Part shown: positions 1 to 9,461 of the stretch, one piece after another | Layout of the letters: every line of letters begins with the position of its first letter | How positions within the stretch are numbered: position 1 is the stretch's first letter | Assembly: GCA_043821645.1 (NCBI GenBank) | Contig: JBDRCO010000023.1 | Span: forward strand, 169,141-233,140 | DNA length: 64,000 nt | Source of the DNA: Pseudomonadota bacterium | GTDB taxonomy: Bacteria > Myxococcota > JACRCW01 > JAFGSX01 | Reading direction: 5' to 3' | Position numbers and translations under genes: made by a program | Notes under the pieces: generated by a model | Database searches by the model: none | The model's input: the letters and a program-made list of their open reading frames with translations, nothing else | Told to the model about the DNA's origin: nothing

Positions 1-109
1 CCTGTCAGCTTGAACTTGGTGGCGTGTCAAGACAAGGTCAGGCGTGCTGCCCTCGAGGCCAAACCGCGCCATCTCGCCTAGGGAGAACAAGGAGACAGGT
101 GGTACACGC

Positions 110-997
110 GTGATCGAACTGCTGCTGGTGTCCCTGCTGTGGGCCTTTTCCTTTGGCCTGGTCAAGGGCGAGCTCGTCGCCCTGGACCCGTCGTGGGTGG
201 CTTTCTGCCGGCTCGTCATCGCGGCCGCGATCTTTGCGCCCCTGGTGCGCTGGCGTGAGTTGCCGCGACGCCTCGTCGTCGAACTGGCGCTCCTGGGTGG
301 TGTGCAGTTTGGCCTGATGTACGCGACCTACATCGCTGCCTTTCAAGTCCTCAAATCCTTCGAGGTGGCACTGCTGACCATCTTCACGCCACTATTTGTG
401 GTCGCGGTCGAGGCCATGCTCGCGCGCTCACTGCGCTGGCTGTTCCTGGTGGCCGCCGGCCTTGCCACCCTGGGCACGGGACTGGCGATGCGCGAAAGCC
501 TGGTGCAGGCCAGCCCGGCATGGACCGGCATCCTGCTCATGCAGCTGTCCAACCTGTGCTTTGCCCTGGGTCAGGTGTGGTACCGCCGGCTGCTGGCCCG
601 AGAACACGGCATTGTCGATCGCCAGGTGTTCGGCGTGCTCTACGTGGGCGCGGCCCTCACCGCAGCCTTGCTGACCCTGGTCCTCGGTGACGTCGAGAAA
701 GTGGCCATGACAGGCCGCCAGTTCGGGGTCTTGGTGTACCTGGGCGCGGTGGCGTCAGGACTGGGATTCTTTTTGTGGAATCGAGGTGCGCGTCGCGTCG
801 ACGTGGGCACCCTGGCCGTGTTCAACGACCTCAAGATTCCCCTGGCCACCCTGGTCTCCCTGCTCGTGTTCGGCGAACAGGCCAACCTGCAGGATCTGGC
901 CCTGGGCGGCGGACTGGTGATCCTGGCCCTGCTCGCCATACGAGCCCTGCAGCGACGACGCAGTGCACCTCCAGACGCTCCGCCACCCACGGAGTGA
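110..997 (+). CDS. DMT/EamA family transporter (YigM/BioP-like)
   Basis: About 10 hydrophobic helices in two EamA repeats; motifs LLWAFSF and FEVALLTIFTPLFV resemble YigM. GTG start at 110 chosen within ORF 44..997. Confidence 0.85.
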   Translation: MIELLLVSLLWAFSFGLVKGELVALDPSWVAFCRLVIAAAIFAPLVRWRELPRRLVVELALLGGVQFGLMYATYIAAFQVLKSFEVALLTIFTPLFVVAVEAMLARSLRWLFLVAAGLATLGTGLAMRESLVQASPAWTGILLMQLSNLCFALGQVWYRRLLAREHGIVDRQVFGVLYVGAALTAALLTLVLGDVEKVAMTGRQFGVLVYLGAVASGLGFFLWNRGARRVDVGTLAVFNDLKIPLATLVSLLVFGEQANLQDLALGGGLVILALLAIRALQRRRSAPPDAPPPTE

Positions 998-1025
998 CGA
1001 CGAGGTTCGGTGCTGTCTCAGCGCT

Positions 1026-2360
1026 TCACACGCTGGCCTTGCCCGCCCGCGCCCGCAAATAGAGCACCACCGTTAAAAGCGTACCCACCGTCGCCACCAC
1101 CACCAGCATCAGGAAGATGGGGACCAGGTCCTGGCCGCCGGTCTTGTACAGCCAGCCTATGATCTGCTCCTGAAAGACCGGGCCTATGGATCCCATGCCG
1201 TTGATGATGCCTGCCGCGACCAGGGCGCCGCGCACGCTGCCGATATCGATGGCGCCAACACCTGAGAGCAGCGAGTCCGGCCCGTACAGCATGAAGCCGG
1301 CCAGGCCCATGGACACGCTGAACACGATCACGCTGTGCGCGCCAAGCCCGTACATGAGTCCAAAGGAGGCGGTCATGAGTGCCAGCATGATCACGGCCAG
1401 GGCTGCGCGACGCCCCTTGAACAGGCGGTCCGAGATCACGCCGGCCAGCAGCACGCCCACGAAGCCGCACAGGTCGAACACCGTCGACAGGTAGCCCGCC
1501 TGATCACCTGCCAGGCCGAAGTTCTTGCTCAGGAAGTAGGGCGCCCAGGACCACAGGGCGTAGCGCAGGAACTTGATGCAGAAGTAGATGCTGCCCATGA
1601 GCAGCACCGCGATCACGGTATCGCGGCTCCACCCCAGCTCGGAGGACGAGTGCAGCCCACGCGGTACCTTGCCGGGATCCGTCACCTCGTCGTCGAACAG
1701 GGCATCGACTGAACGCGAGTCGTCCTCATCGGAGACCGAACGCAGGCCCACGTCTTCGGGGGTGTTGGGGTGCAGCCACAGCACGATGGCCCACACCACC
1801 AGCAACACCGCCGAGGCGCCGAAGAAGGACCGCCACCCCGCCGCACCCAGCAGGAAAGCTGCGAACGACGTCGCCAGCACCGAGCCCACCTGGTAGCAGG
1901 TGGCCCACACACCCATGATGCTGCCGCGCTGCTCTCGCTGGAACCAGAAGCCCAGAGAACCGATGCAGCCGGGCCAGCCAGTGCCCTGGGCCATGCCGTT
2001 GAGGGTCATGAACAGAGCGATGGTGGCCATGCCGTTGCTGACACCAAAGGCCACGTTGCAGGCAATAGAGATGGCCATCCCGAACAGCAGCAGCCGCTTG
2101 GGACCGAGCCGGCGCCCGAAGTAGGCGGACGAGAACTGGCCGATGGCGTAGCCCACCAGGTAGGCGGTGCCGATCTGCGCCAGGTCGACGCTGGTCAGAT
2201 CCAGGGCCTGGCCCAGGTCCTTCTTGACGACGTAGAAGGCCTTGCGACAGAAATAGTAACCGGCATAGGCCAGCCAGGTGGCGACCAGGATCTTGATCTG
2301 CCAGCGACGGTAAAGGCGCGGATCGGGGTCTGGCGTGGTGCTGGTTCCCCCGTCGTTCAA
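1026..2360 (-). CDS. MFS transporter, organophosphate:Pi antiporter (GlpT/UhpT-like) family
   Basis: YAGYYFCRK, AQGTGWPGC, W..CYQVGS and IINGMGSIG motifs; 12-TM pattern; TTG start. Confidence 0.85.
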   Translation of the reverse strand: MNDGGTSTTPDPDPRLYRRWQIKILVATWLAYAGYYFCRKAFYVVKKDLGQALDLTSVDLAQIGTAYLVGYAIGQFSSAYFGRRLGPKRLLLFGMAISIACNVAFGVSNGMATIALFMTLNGMAQGTGWPGCIGSLGFWFQREQRGSIMGVWATCYQVGSVLATSFAAFLLGAAGWRSFFGASAVLLVVWAIVLWLHPNTPEDVGLRSVSDEDDSRSVDALFDDEVTDPGKVPRGLHSSSELGWSRDTVIAVLLMGSIYFCIKFLRYALWSWAPYFLSKNFGLAGDQAGYLSTVFDLCGFVGVLLAGVISDRLFKGRRAALAVIMLALMTASFGLMYGLGAHSVIVFSVSMGLAGFMLYGPDSLLSGVGAIDIGSVRGALVAAGIINGMGSIGPVFQEQIIGWLYKTGGQDLVPIFLMLVVVATVGTLLTVVLYLRARAGKASV

Positions 2361-2364
2361 GGTG

Positions 2365-3225
2365 CTACTGGCTCCCCAGCCGGGGTCTCACCACCACATC
2401 AATGAAATTCTTGAACTCGAGCTGGCGGCGGTCGATGTCCAGCACGTCGTCGTCGATGTCGAGCTGCCAGCGCAGGTCCTTTCGCGTGGGGTCCGCAGCC
2501 AGGGCGCGCAGCTTGTCGACATAGGCCATCAGGTCGTCGTGACCGCTGAAGAACTTCTCGCGTACCAGCTTGGGCTCGCGCACCACGATCAGAGCCGCGA
2601 GATCGGCCAGGTCGTACTCGGGATGGTACTGCACGGCCCAGAAGGTGCCCTTCTGATGGGTGACGGCGATGGCCTGTATGCGGGTCCAATCGTTGCTGGC
2701 GAGCCACACCGCACCGGGCGGCAGGGCGGTCACCTGGTCGTCGTGGCTGATGAAGCCGCAGAACACAGGCGGCTTGCCCCGCATCATGGGGTGGTCGCGC
2801 CCCTCGTCGGTGATGAAGACCTTGCGCGCCAGTCCCATCTCGCGACCCTTGGGGTTGGGCTTGACCTCGCCCCCGGCGCAGAAGGCGGCCATCTGCAGGC
2901 CCCAGCACGAGCCGAACTGCGGCACCCCCACCTCGTAGGCGCGCTTGCTCAGGGCGATCTGTCGCGTCACCCGCTCGTCGTGGTCGTGGTAGATGGTGAG
3001 GTTGCAGCCCGTCCATAGCACGCCCGCGTAGGTCTCGACGCCCTGGGCGTCAGGAAGCTCGGCGGTGTCGCTGGGAAGCCACACAGCAACCTCGGCCTCG
3101 GGGACATGCCGTCTGAGCATGTTGGCGTACAGGTCGAAGCTCAGGGTCATGCCTGCGGTGTCGAACTCGTCCCGGCTGGGCTTGGGATATCCGTCGACAA
3201 CGAGAAAGCGAGGGGCTGGGCTCAT
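2365..3225 (-). CDS. Class I glutamine amidotransferase-like protein (stand-alone)
   Basis: Nucleophile elbow GSCWGLQ and QYHPE give an intact Cys-His-Glu triad. Confidence 0.85.
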   Translation of the reverse strand: MSPAPRFLVVDGYPKPSRDEFDTAGMTLSFDLYANMLRRHVPEAEVAVWLPSDTAELPDAQGVETYAGVLWTGCNLTIYHDHDERVTRQIALSKRAYEVGVPQFGSCWGLQMAAFCAGGEVKPNPKGREMGLARKVFITDEGRDHPMMRGKPPVFCGFISHDDQVTALPPGAVWLASNDWTRIQAIAVTHQKGTFWAVQYHPEYDLADLAALIVVREPKLVREKFFSGHDDLMAYVDKLRALAADPTRKDLRWQLDIDDDVLDIDRRQLEFKNFIDVVVRPRLGSQ

Positions 3226-3228
3226 GCT

Positions 3229-3987
3229 CTACCTCTTGTCCAGGCGCGCGATGGTCGCCGGGAGTTCACGGGCGTCACCACAGATGGCGTCGGCCTGGCT
3301 GCCGTCGCTGCCGCGGTCGATCGCGTAGGTCACCAGCACGGCGCGCGCGCCCACGCGGTGGGCACCGTCGATGTCGTTGTGCTCACGATCGCCCAGGTGC
3401 ACCAGGGCGTCGAGAGAGCAGCCGGCGAGCTTCGCCGCCTCGTGAAAGACGCGGGGCTCGGGCTTGCTGCAACCCAGCTCGTCCGAGAACACGAAGCCCT
3501 TGAAGTGCTGCAGCAGCTGGTAGTGCTCGAGCAGCTGCCTGAGCGCACGCCCCGGCGAGAAGATGGCGTCGGAGATCACCACCAGAGTGTAGCGGGACGC
3601 CAGCTCGGCCATGGCCTCGGCGATGCCCGTGGCCAGGTCGGGCTGGACTTCCAGCTCCATGTCCTCGTGGCACCGCACCAGCTCGGCAAAGCGATCCGCG
3701 GAGAGCTCGCGGTGCAGACCAGCCAGCACGATCTGCAATCGCTGGGTCACGGTCCAGGTGAAGAACTGGTCGTGCCACACCGTGCGAAAGGCCGCGTCCG
3801 CCGCATCGTAGGCGCAGTCCACCAGGGCGCGATCGATGGAACCGCTCTCCTCGACAAACTGCTGCACCAGGTTGCGGCGCGCCACCTTCTTGCTGGGGAG
3901 TCCGGCGGCCTTGCGCTTGGGCTCGTCCGAATCGTCGACGAAGACGGTGTCCCACAGGTCGAACGAGATGGCCTGAACCGCTGCCAT
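3229..3987 (-). CDS. HAD-superfamily hydrolase
   Basis: Motif I FDLWDT, motif II ISD, KPEP and GD...DIDGA. Start set at MAAVQ (3987), which follows a GGAGG RBS. Confidence 0.85.
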   Translation of the reverse strand: MAAVQAISFDLWDTVFVDDSDEPKRKAAGLPSKKVARRNLVQQFVEESGSIDRALVDCAYDAADAAFRTVWHDQFFTWTVTQRLQIVLAGLHRELSADRFAELVRCHEDMELEVQPDLATGIAEAMAELASRYTLVVISDAIFSPGRALRQLLEHYQLLQHFKGFVFSDELGCSKPEPRVFHEAAKLAGCSLDALVHLGDREHNDIDGAHRVGARAVLVTYAIDRGSDGSQADAICGDARELPATIARLDKR

Positions 3988-4162
3988 GGGCGCCTCCACG
4001 ATGGGCGAGACCATAGCGCCGCACCGGGCGGCTTTCGACAGAGAAGTGGTGGGTGACCTTGACCTGGCCTGCGCTCTCTCGCAGGGTAGGTGTGCACGGC
4101 GCAGCCCAGGCACTCGCCCCAAAGCGATCTTGGCCAGCGACGCCACACGGAAAGGACCTCCG

Positions 4163-4735
4163 ATGGGACAGCCAGATCAGGTGACCTCGCGCTGGGTGTG
4201 GATAGACCTCGAGATGACAGGTCTCGACGTGGAACAGGATGTCATCCTGCAGATTGCCACGGTGATCACAGACTCCGAGCTCAACGAACTGGCAAGCCTG
4301 GAGCAGGTGGTGTGGCAACCCGACGAGGTGCTGGCACGCATGACGCCCTTCGTGCGCGACATGCACGGCAAGAATGGGTTGCGCGATCGCGTGCGCGCCT
4401 CTGCCACCTCGCTGCGCGTGGCCGAGCGCCATACCATGGAGCTGCTCTGCGCCCACGTCCCCTATGGTCAAGGAATCCTGGCAGGCGCCAGCATCAGCAC
4501 CGACCGCTCCTTTTTACGTCGCTACATGACCAGCATTGACGGCTACCTGCACTATCGCCACCTCGACGTCACCAGCCTCAAGATCGCGTGCTCGGCGTGG
4601 CTGGGTGAGGCAGGGATGCCCCCGGAGGTGGAGTCGCCACACACCGCCCTCGAGGACATCCGCCAGTCCATCGCCGATCTGCGCTTCTATCGCGACCTGG
4701 TGCTCGACCGGCACACCGCCCCGTCGAAGGGCTGA
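4163..4735 (+). CDS. orn: Oligoribonuclease (DEDDh exonuclease)
   Basis: WIDLEMTGLD, LHYRHLDVTSLK and HTALEDIRQSI motifs; AAGGA RBS before ATG 4163. Confidence 0.92.
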   Translation: MGQPDQVTSRWVWIDLEMTGLDVEQDVILQIATVITDSELNELASLEQVVWQPDEVLARMTPFVRDMHGKNGLRDRVRASATSLRVAERHTMELLCAHVPYGQGILAGASISTDRSFLRRYMTSIDGYLHYRHLDVTSLKIACSAWLGEAGMPPEVESPHTALEDIRQSIADLRFYRDLVLDRHTAPSKG

Positions 4736-4738
4736 ACC

Positions 4739-5716
4739 GTGGCGTCCGCTCCGGGGAGGCCCCGTGTGGCTGTCACCCGCGGTGCCGAAATCGCAGCCTA
4801 CGCTTTCCCCGACGGCCACCCCTTTGGCCCGGACCGCCACGATGTTTTCTGGCGGGCGCTCGATCACAGTGCGCTGGCAGGGCGCGTGGAGGCTCGTGCG
4901 CCGGTGCTGGCACGTGACGACGAGCTCGCGACCTTTCACGAGGCGAAGTACGTGGAGCGGGTGCGCTCGCTGTCCGCACTCGGGCATGGCCTGCTCGACC
5001 ACGGTGATACCCCGGCATTCGCGGGCTGCTACGAGGCGGCGGCCCACGTCGTGGGTTCCGCCCTGGACCTGGCGCGGGCCATTCTCCGCGGCGAACTCGA
5101 CCGCGGCTTCGTCCCCATCGCAGGTCTGCACCATGCGCGGCGCGAGCGCGCAGGAGGCTTCTGCATCTTCAATGACGCGGGCGTGGTGATCGAGGTGCTG
5201 CGCGCCGAACTCGGGCTCGAGCGCTTCGCCTATGTGGACATCGACGCCCACCATGGCGACGGTGTGTTCTACGGTTTCGTCGACGACCCGCAGGTGACCA
5301 TCGCGGACCTCCACGAGGATGGGCGCTTTCTCTACCCGGGCACGGGCTTCGCCCACGAGACGGGAGAGGGAGCGGCGAGGGGTACCAAGCACAACTTCTG
5401 TCTGCAACCTGACGACGGAGACGAGGCCTTTGAGCGCCACTGGTCCAGGGTCGAGGCGATCGTGGACGCGGCGAGGCCACAGCTCATCGTTTTGCAGGCC
5501 GGTGCCGATTGCCTGGATGGCGATCCCATCACCCATCTTCGGTGCAGCGAGCGATCCCACTCCCTGGCCACCAGGACCCTGGTCGGTCTGGCCAAGCGGC
5601 ACTGCGACGGACATGTGCTGGCCCTTGGGGGGGGTGGCTACCACAGGCCCAACCTGGTCAGGGCGTGGCTGGCCATGGTTGCGGGTTTGCTCGACGATGC
5701 CCCGGGCAGCCCCTGA
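4739..5716 (+). CDS. Histone deacetylase-family (AcuC-like) Zn-dependent deacylase
   Basis: GLHHA...GGFCIFND, DIDAHHGDG, QAGAD...DP and LGGGGY motifs. Confidence 0.9.
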   Translation: MASAPGRPRVAVTRGAEIAAYAFPDGHPFGPDRHDVFWRALDHSALAGRVEARAPVLARDDELATFHEAKYVERVRSLSALGHGLLDHGDTPAFAGCYEAAAHVVGSALDLARAILRGELDRGFVPIAGLHHARRERAGGFCIFNDAGVVIEVLRAELGLERFAYVDIDAHHGDGVFYGFVDDPQVTIADLHEDGRFLYPGTGFAHETGEGAARGTKHNFCLQPDDGDEAFERHWSRVEAIVDAARPQLIVLQAGADCLDGDPITHLRCSERSHSLATRTLVGLAKRHCDGHVLALGGGGYHRPNLVRAWLAMVAGLLDDAPGSP

Positions 5717-5858
5717 TTTCGTAATAATTCATCATAAATCCAGTTATTTCATATTGATGGATGACGTGTACTCGAAGGTGCCGAAATGTAGCAACGTATC
5801 CTACCCGGCACCGATAACACCCTCACGAACACATCAGACCCAGCCAGGGAGTTCGACC

Positions 5859-6221
5859 ATGTGCCTGAGCCTGCTCGAGACCAAGCGCCAGCGCGATGCC
5901 AGGCTGCTGCTGTGGGTGCAGGACGCGCAGCGCCTGGGCGATCAGGTCCTGGAGTGCCGCGACGCCCGCGGGCAGATCAGCCACAGCGTGGTCCTCGCCG
6001 CGGCCGCAGCCACTGGCTACCAGCACGTGACCACGGCGGTGCAACAGACCAGGCCGTGGCAGGATGCGCGCGAGATCCAGGCTGCCCTGGCTCGCGAGCA
6101 TGATGCCCTGGAACACGAGGCCACACCCCTGGCGCGGCTGCTGCCCGTGTCGGGCGCGGCCCTTCCCTCGGGGATCTGCTCGGCGCGGCTGGCTCCCCGA
6201 CCCCGGCGCGGCCTCGCCTAA
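5859..6221 (+). CDS. Hypothetical protein (~120 aa)
   Basis: ATG follows GGGAG and an AT-rich intergenic stretch; GC3-biased codons; no recognisable motif. Confidence 0.5.
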   Translation: MCLSLLETKRQRDARLLLWVQDAQRLGDQVLECRDARGQISHSVVLAAAAATGYQHVTTAVQQTRPWQDAREIQAALAREHDALEHEATPLARLLPVSGAALPSGICSARLAPRPRRGLA

Positions 6222-6354
6222 TACCGAATCGCTTTGATTGAGCTCGATATGGGGGGCCCAGGTGAGACTTTTTTTTAGAGCTTGCGAGGACAAAAAGACT
6301 CGCCGGTGAAGGCGGGGCCCCACAACAGGGTCGAATCCAAGCGATTTCTTATTA
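6219..6354. other. Long imperfect inverted repeat (rod-like hairpin), candidate structured ncRNA or cis element
   Basis: Nested complementary arms: 6219-6223/6350-6354, 6227-6239/6334-6346 (12 of 13 pair), 6253-6259/6315-6321 (7 of 7), 6261-6273/6292-6304 (12 of 13 including G-U). Confidence 0.6.
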
Positions 6355-6497
6355 CACGCCACCAGCCACGGATTTCACCTGCTGATGCAGCGGCACGACC
6401 CTGCGCGACGAGCGGCCAACGACCACCGGGCGATCCCGCGAGATCTTCGACCCCACACATCTTTCTTTGGTGCTGTCGCGAGGCGGCCTGGCCAGGT

Positions 6498-7025
6498 TCA
6501 GCCGCGGTCCGGACAGGTCGGGGGAGCGCAGGTGGTCTCGTCGACACAGATGCCGCCGCAGTCGGCGCCACCGTGGGCGGGATCGCAGTTGTCCGCCTGG
6601 TCGTCGACGCAGAGGAAACCCTCGGCGCAGGGCCTGGCTGCGAATCCACCGCAGAACGCGTAGCTCGGGCAGGTGCGGATCTCCCAGCCACAGGTGCCAC
6701 TGGCATTGCGGTAGCAGTCACCGGGACCACCCAAGGTGCCGTCGGAGCACAGGGTGTTGGGCATGCCCGGGGCAGGCCCGCACTCGGCCTGGGTGCAGGG
6801 CTCGGGGCAGGTGATGATCTCCCAGCCACAGCTTCCGTCGGCATGGCGCACGCAGTCCCCGGGCCCGGCGACAGTGCCGTCGGCGCACAGGGTGTTGGGC
6901 ATGCCCAGTGGCGGGCCGCACTCGTCCGGTCCGCAGGTGGTCGGGGGCTCGGGCTGGCACTCGCCGGCGAACAGGAAGGCGCAGCCGAACAGGGTCAGGC
7001 CAGCCAGGGTGCATCGCTTGAACAT
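6498..7025 (-). CDS. Secreted or lipid-anchored Cys-rich protein with an internal duplication
   Basis: AAGGGAGG RBS; signal peptide MFKRCTLAGLTLFGCAFLFAGEC; two 46-aa Cys repeats plus a CGGFA..PC...C module. Confidence 0.75.
   Translation of the reverse strand: MFKRCTLAGLTLFGCAFLFAGECQPEPPTTCGPDECGPPLGMPNTLCADGTVAGPGDCVRHADGSCGWEIITCPEPCTQAECGPAPGMPNTLCSDGTLGGPGDCYRNASGTCGWEIRTCPSYAFCGGFAARPCAEGFLCVDDQADNCDPAHGGADCGGICVDETTCAPPTCPDRG
6660..6935 (-). repeat. Two tandem 138-bp (46-aa) Cys-rich repeats
   Basis: CGPDECGPPLGMPNTLCADGTVAGPGDC...CGWEIITC versus CTQAECGPAPGMPNTLCSDGTLGGPGDC...CGWEIRTC. Confidence 0.85.
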
Positions 7026-7309
7026 GACATCCTCCCTTGGGTCCATGCGCACGCAGGTTCGCGATCCTTATGCATGTCGCCACGAATTTGGCCAGGAGCG
7101 GCTCGCGCGCTCCCGGCGGGTGCCAGCTCTCGGCGCAGCCGGCAGCCGAGCATGCACCGCAGACCGTCCTGGGGTCCTCGCCTCGCGTGCCCTGCCGGAC
7201 GGCGGAGGTGCGCCACCCACCTGGCGCAGAGACTCGTGGTACAACGGGGGCGGAATCGCTCAGCGCGCGCGGGAGCAGTGCGAGGACCGCGCGCAGGGTG
7301 GCGAGCGCC

Positions 7310-8245
7310 ATGTCCCAGTGCAGCGTCAGGATATCGGGACTGAGCAAGCGCTATGGCGATCTCATCGCCGTGGACAGGCTTGACCTCGAGGTCGGCGCGG
7401 GCGAGATCCTCGGCTTCCTGGGGCCCAACGGCGCCGGCAAGACCACCACCCTGCAGATGATGTGCGGCCTGCTGAAGCCCGATGCTGGAAGCGTCGAGCT
7501 CGAGGGGCGCGTGCTCACCGCCGGCCAGGGCGTGCCCAGCATCGGGGTGTCGCCGCAGAACCTGGTGATCTGGAACACCCTGACCTGCCAGGAGCAGCTC
7601 GAGTTCGTGGGTCGCATGTACGATCTGTCGTATCGCGACGCACGGCAGCGCGCCCGGCGCTTGCTCGGGGACTTCGGCCTGCAGGACAAGGCCCGCCGAC
7701 TGGGTCGGACCCTGTCCGGAGGCATGCAGCGTCGGCTCAACATCGCGCTTGCCCTGGTGCACGGTCCTCACATCCTGTTTCTCGACGAGCCCCAGGCTGG
7801 CCTCGATCCCCAGAGTCGCGTCCTGGTGCGCGAGTACCTGCAATCGCTGCGCGGCCGCATGACCGTGATCGTCACCACCCACGACATGGAGGAGGCGGCC
7901 AAGCTAAGCGATCGCGTGTGCGTCCTGGATCACGGGCGCTTGCTCGCCCTGGATACGGTGACGGGAATCCTGCAGGGCCATGGCGAGGGAGCACTCACCT
8001 CCATCGTCATCGGCTGCGACGCTGCCGATGCCCGCCTGGCCAACCTGGAGTCACAGATCACCGCGAGCGGGTGGAGACGACATGGCAATGAGCTGCGCCA
8101 GCTCGGACCGACCCGGGCCAGCGCGGTGGCCGAGGTGCTGCAGATCATCGCGCGCGAAGATCTCGAGGTGACGGGGATTCACACGCGCGAGACCACCCTG
8201 GAGGACGTGTTCCTGGCACTCACCGGCAGGAGCCTGCGCGAATGA
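7310..8245 (+). CDS. ABC-2 type exporter ATP-binding protein
   Basis: Walker A GPNGAGKTT, signature LSGGMQRR, Walker B LFLDEP, TTHDM and C-terminal TLEDVFL. Confidence 0.92.
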   Translation: MSQCSVRISGLSKRYGDLIAVDRLDLEVGAGEILGFLGPNGAGKTTTLQMMCGLLKPDAGSVELEGRVLTAGQGVPSIGVSPQNLVIWNTLTCQEQLEFVGRMYDLSYRDARQRARRLLGDFGLQDKARRLGRTLSGGMQRRLNIALALVHGPHILFLDEPQAGLDPQSRVLVREYLQSLRGRMTVIVTTHDMEEAAKLSDRVCVLDHGRLLALDTVTGILQGHGEGALTSIVIGCDAADARLANLESQITASGWRRHGNELRQLGPTRASAVAEVLQIIAREDLEVTGIHTRETTLEDVFLALTGRSLRE

Positions 8246-9417
8246 GAGTCCTCGCTTACCTGCACAAGACCTTCTTGGAGAACCTGCGCGAGTGGAAGGT
8301 GCTGTCCTTTGCCCTCGTATTCGCGCCGGCCTTCGTCTTCATGATGTACGGCTACTACAACGCGGCGTCTTCATCCTACGCCCTGCTCGTGCTCGACGGG
8401 GACCGCTCCCGGGAGGCCCCGGGTCCTGGCGCTGAGGTCGAGGTCCTGCTCTCGGCCCTGCGCGAGGCGAAGCACGCGGACGGCGTGCCGCTGTTCGTCG
8501 TAAATGAGGTGCGGGATCTGGAGGCGGCGCGTGCACGCGTTCGCCAGCGCAGCGCGGATCTTCTGGTCGAGATCCCGGCCGGTTTTGCGGCGGCGGTGAG
8601 GGCTTTTCGCGACGGCCAGAGCTCCGAACCCGCCCACCTGGTTCACCACAGCGACGACAAAAACCTGCGCGGGTCCATGGCCATGGCGCTGTCCGACTAC
8701 GTGCTCTACACCACCCTCACCGAGGTCACCCGGGCCAGACTCCCGCTCGCCGTGTCCGTGCAGCCCGTGGGAAGCGGACGCCCGCTGAGCGAGTTTGACC
8801 TGTACGTGCCGGCACTGCTGGTGCTGGCCATCATCATGATCCTGTTCACGGCAGCGACCTCTCTGATCCAGGAGGTGGATCGCGGCACCCTGATGCGACT
8901 GTCCCTGTCCCGGCTGAAGCTGTGGGAACTGCTGGCCGCGGTCTCCGCCAACCAGGTGCTGCTGGGGCTGGTGGCCCTGACCCTCGCCTACCTGGCCGCC
9001 CTGTCCTGTGGCTACCGCAGCGAGGGATCGCTGGTCGTCCTGCTCGTGGTCGGCGCCTTGACCAGCCTGAGCGTGGTCGCGATCGCGGTGATCACCGCGG
9101 CCTTGCTGAGGTCCATGTTCGAACTGCTCACCGTCGGCACTTTTCCCTTCTTCATCCTCATGTTCTTTTCCGAGTGCATGTTTCCCCTCCCCAAGCTCCC
9201 GGTGGTGCAGATCCTGGGGCACACCCTGTACGCCAACGACGTGCTGCCCACGACGCTGTGCGTTCGCGCCTTTCAGCAGGTGCTCAACTTCGGTGCCGGG
9301 ATCCGCGACGTGGGATTCGAGCTGGTCGTCATCGGCCTGCTCACCACCCTGTACTTCGCCCTGGGTACCTGGCTCTTTTCCCGTCGTCACGGGCGCATGT
9401 CAGCCCGGCGGGCGTGA
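8242..9417 (+). CDS. ABC-2 type exporter permease
   Basis: ATGA overlap with the ATPase gene; one TM, an extracytoplasmic loop, then five TMs; EVDRGTL motif. Confidence 0.88.
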   Translation: MRVLAYLHKTFLENLREWKVLSFALVFAPAFVFMMYGYYNAASSSYALLVLDGDRSREAPGPGAEVEVLLSALREAKHADGVPLFVVNEVRDLEAARARVRQRSADLLVEIPAGFAAAVRAFRDGQSSEPAHLVHHSDDKNLRGSMAMALSDYVLYTTLTEVTRARLPLAVSVQPVGSGRPLSEFDLYVPALLVLAIIMILFTAATSLIQEVDRGTLMRLSLSRLKLWELLAAVSANQVLLGLVALTLAYLAALSCGYRSEGSLVVLLVVGALTSLSVVAIAVITAALLRSMFELLTVGTFPFFILMFFSECMFPLPKLPVVQILGHTLYANDVLPTTLCVRAFQQVLNFGAGIRDVGFELVVIGLLTTLYFALGTWLFSRRHGRMSARRA

Positions 9418-9461
9418 GCTGAGGGGATGCAGACCGGTGTGACCTTCGACCGCTCGGCTTC

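Noticed and set aside
6219-6354. SRP RNA, tRNA or simple terminator
   Set aside because: No SRP GGAA apical/AGCAG motif and no cloverleaf; the stem is far longer than a terminator. Kept only as an unassigned structure.
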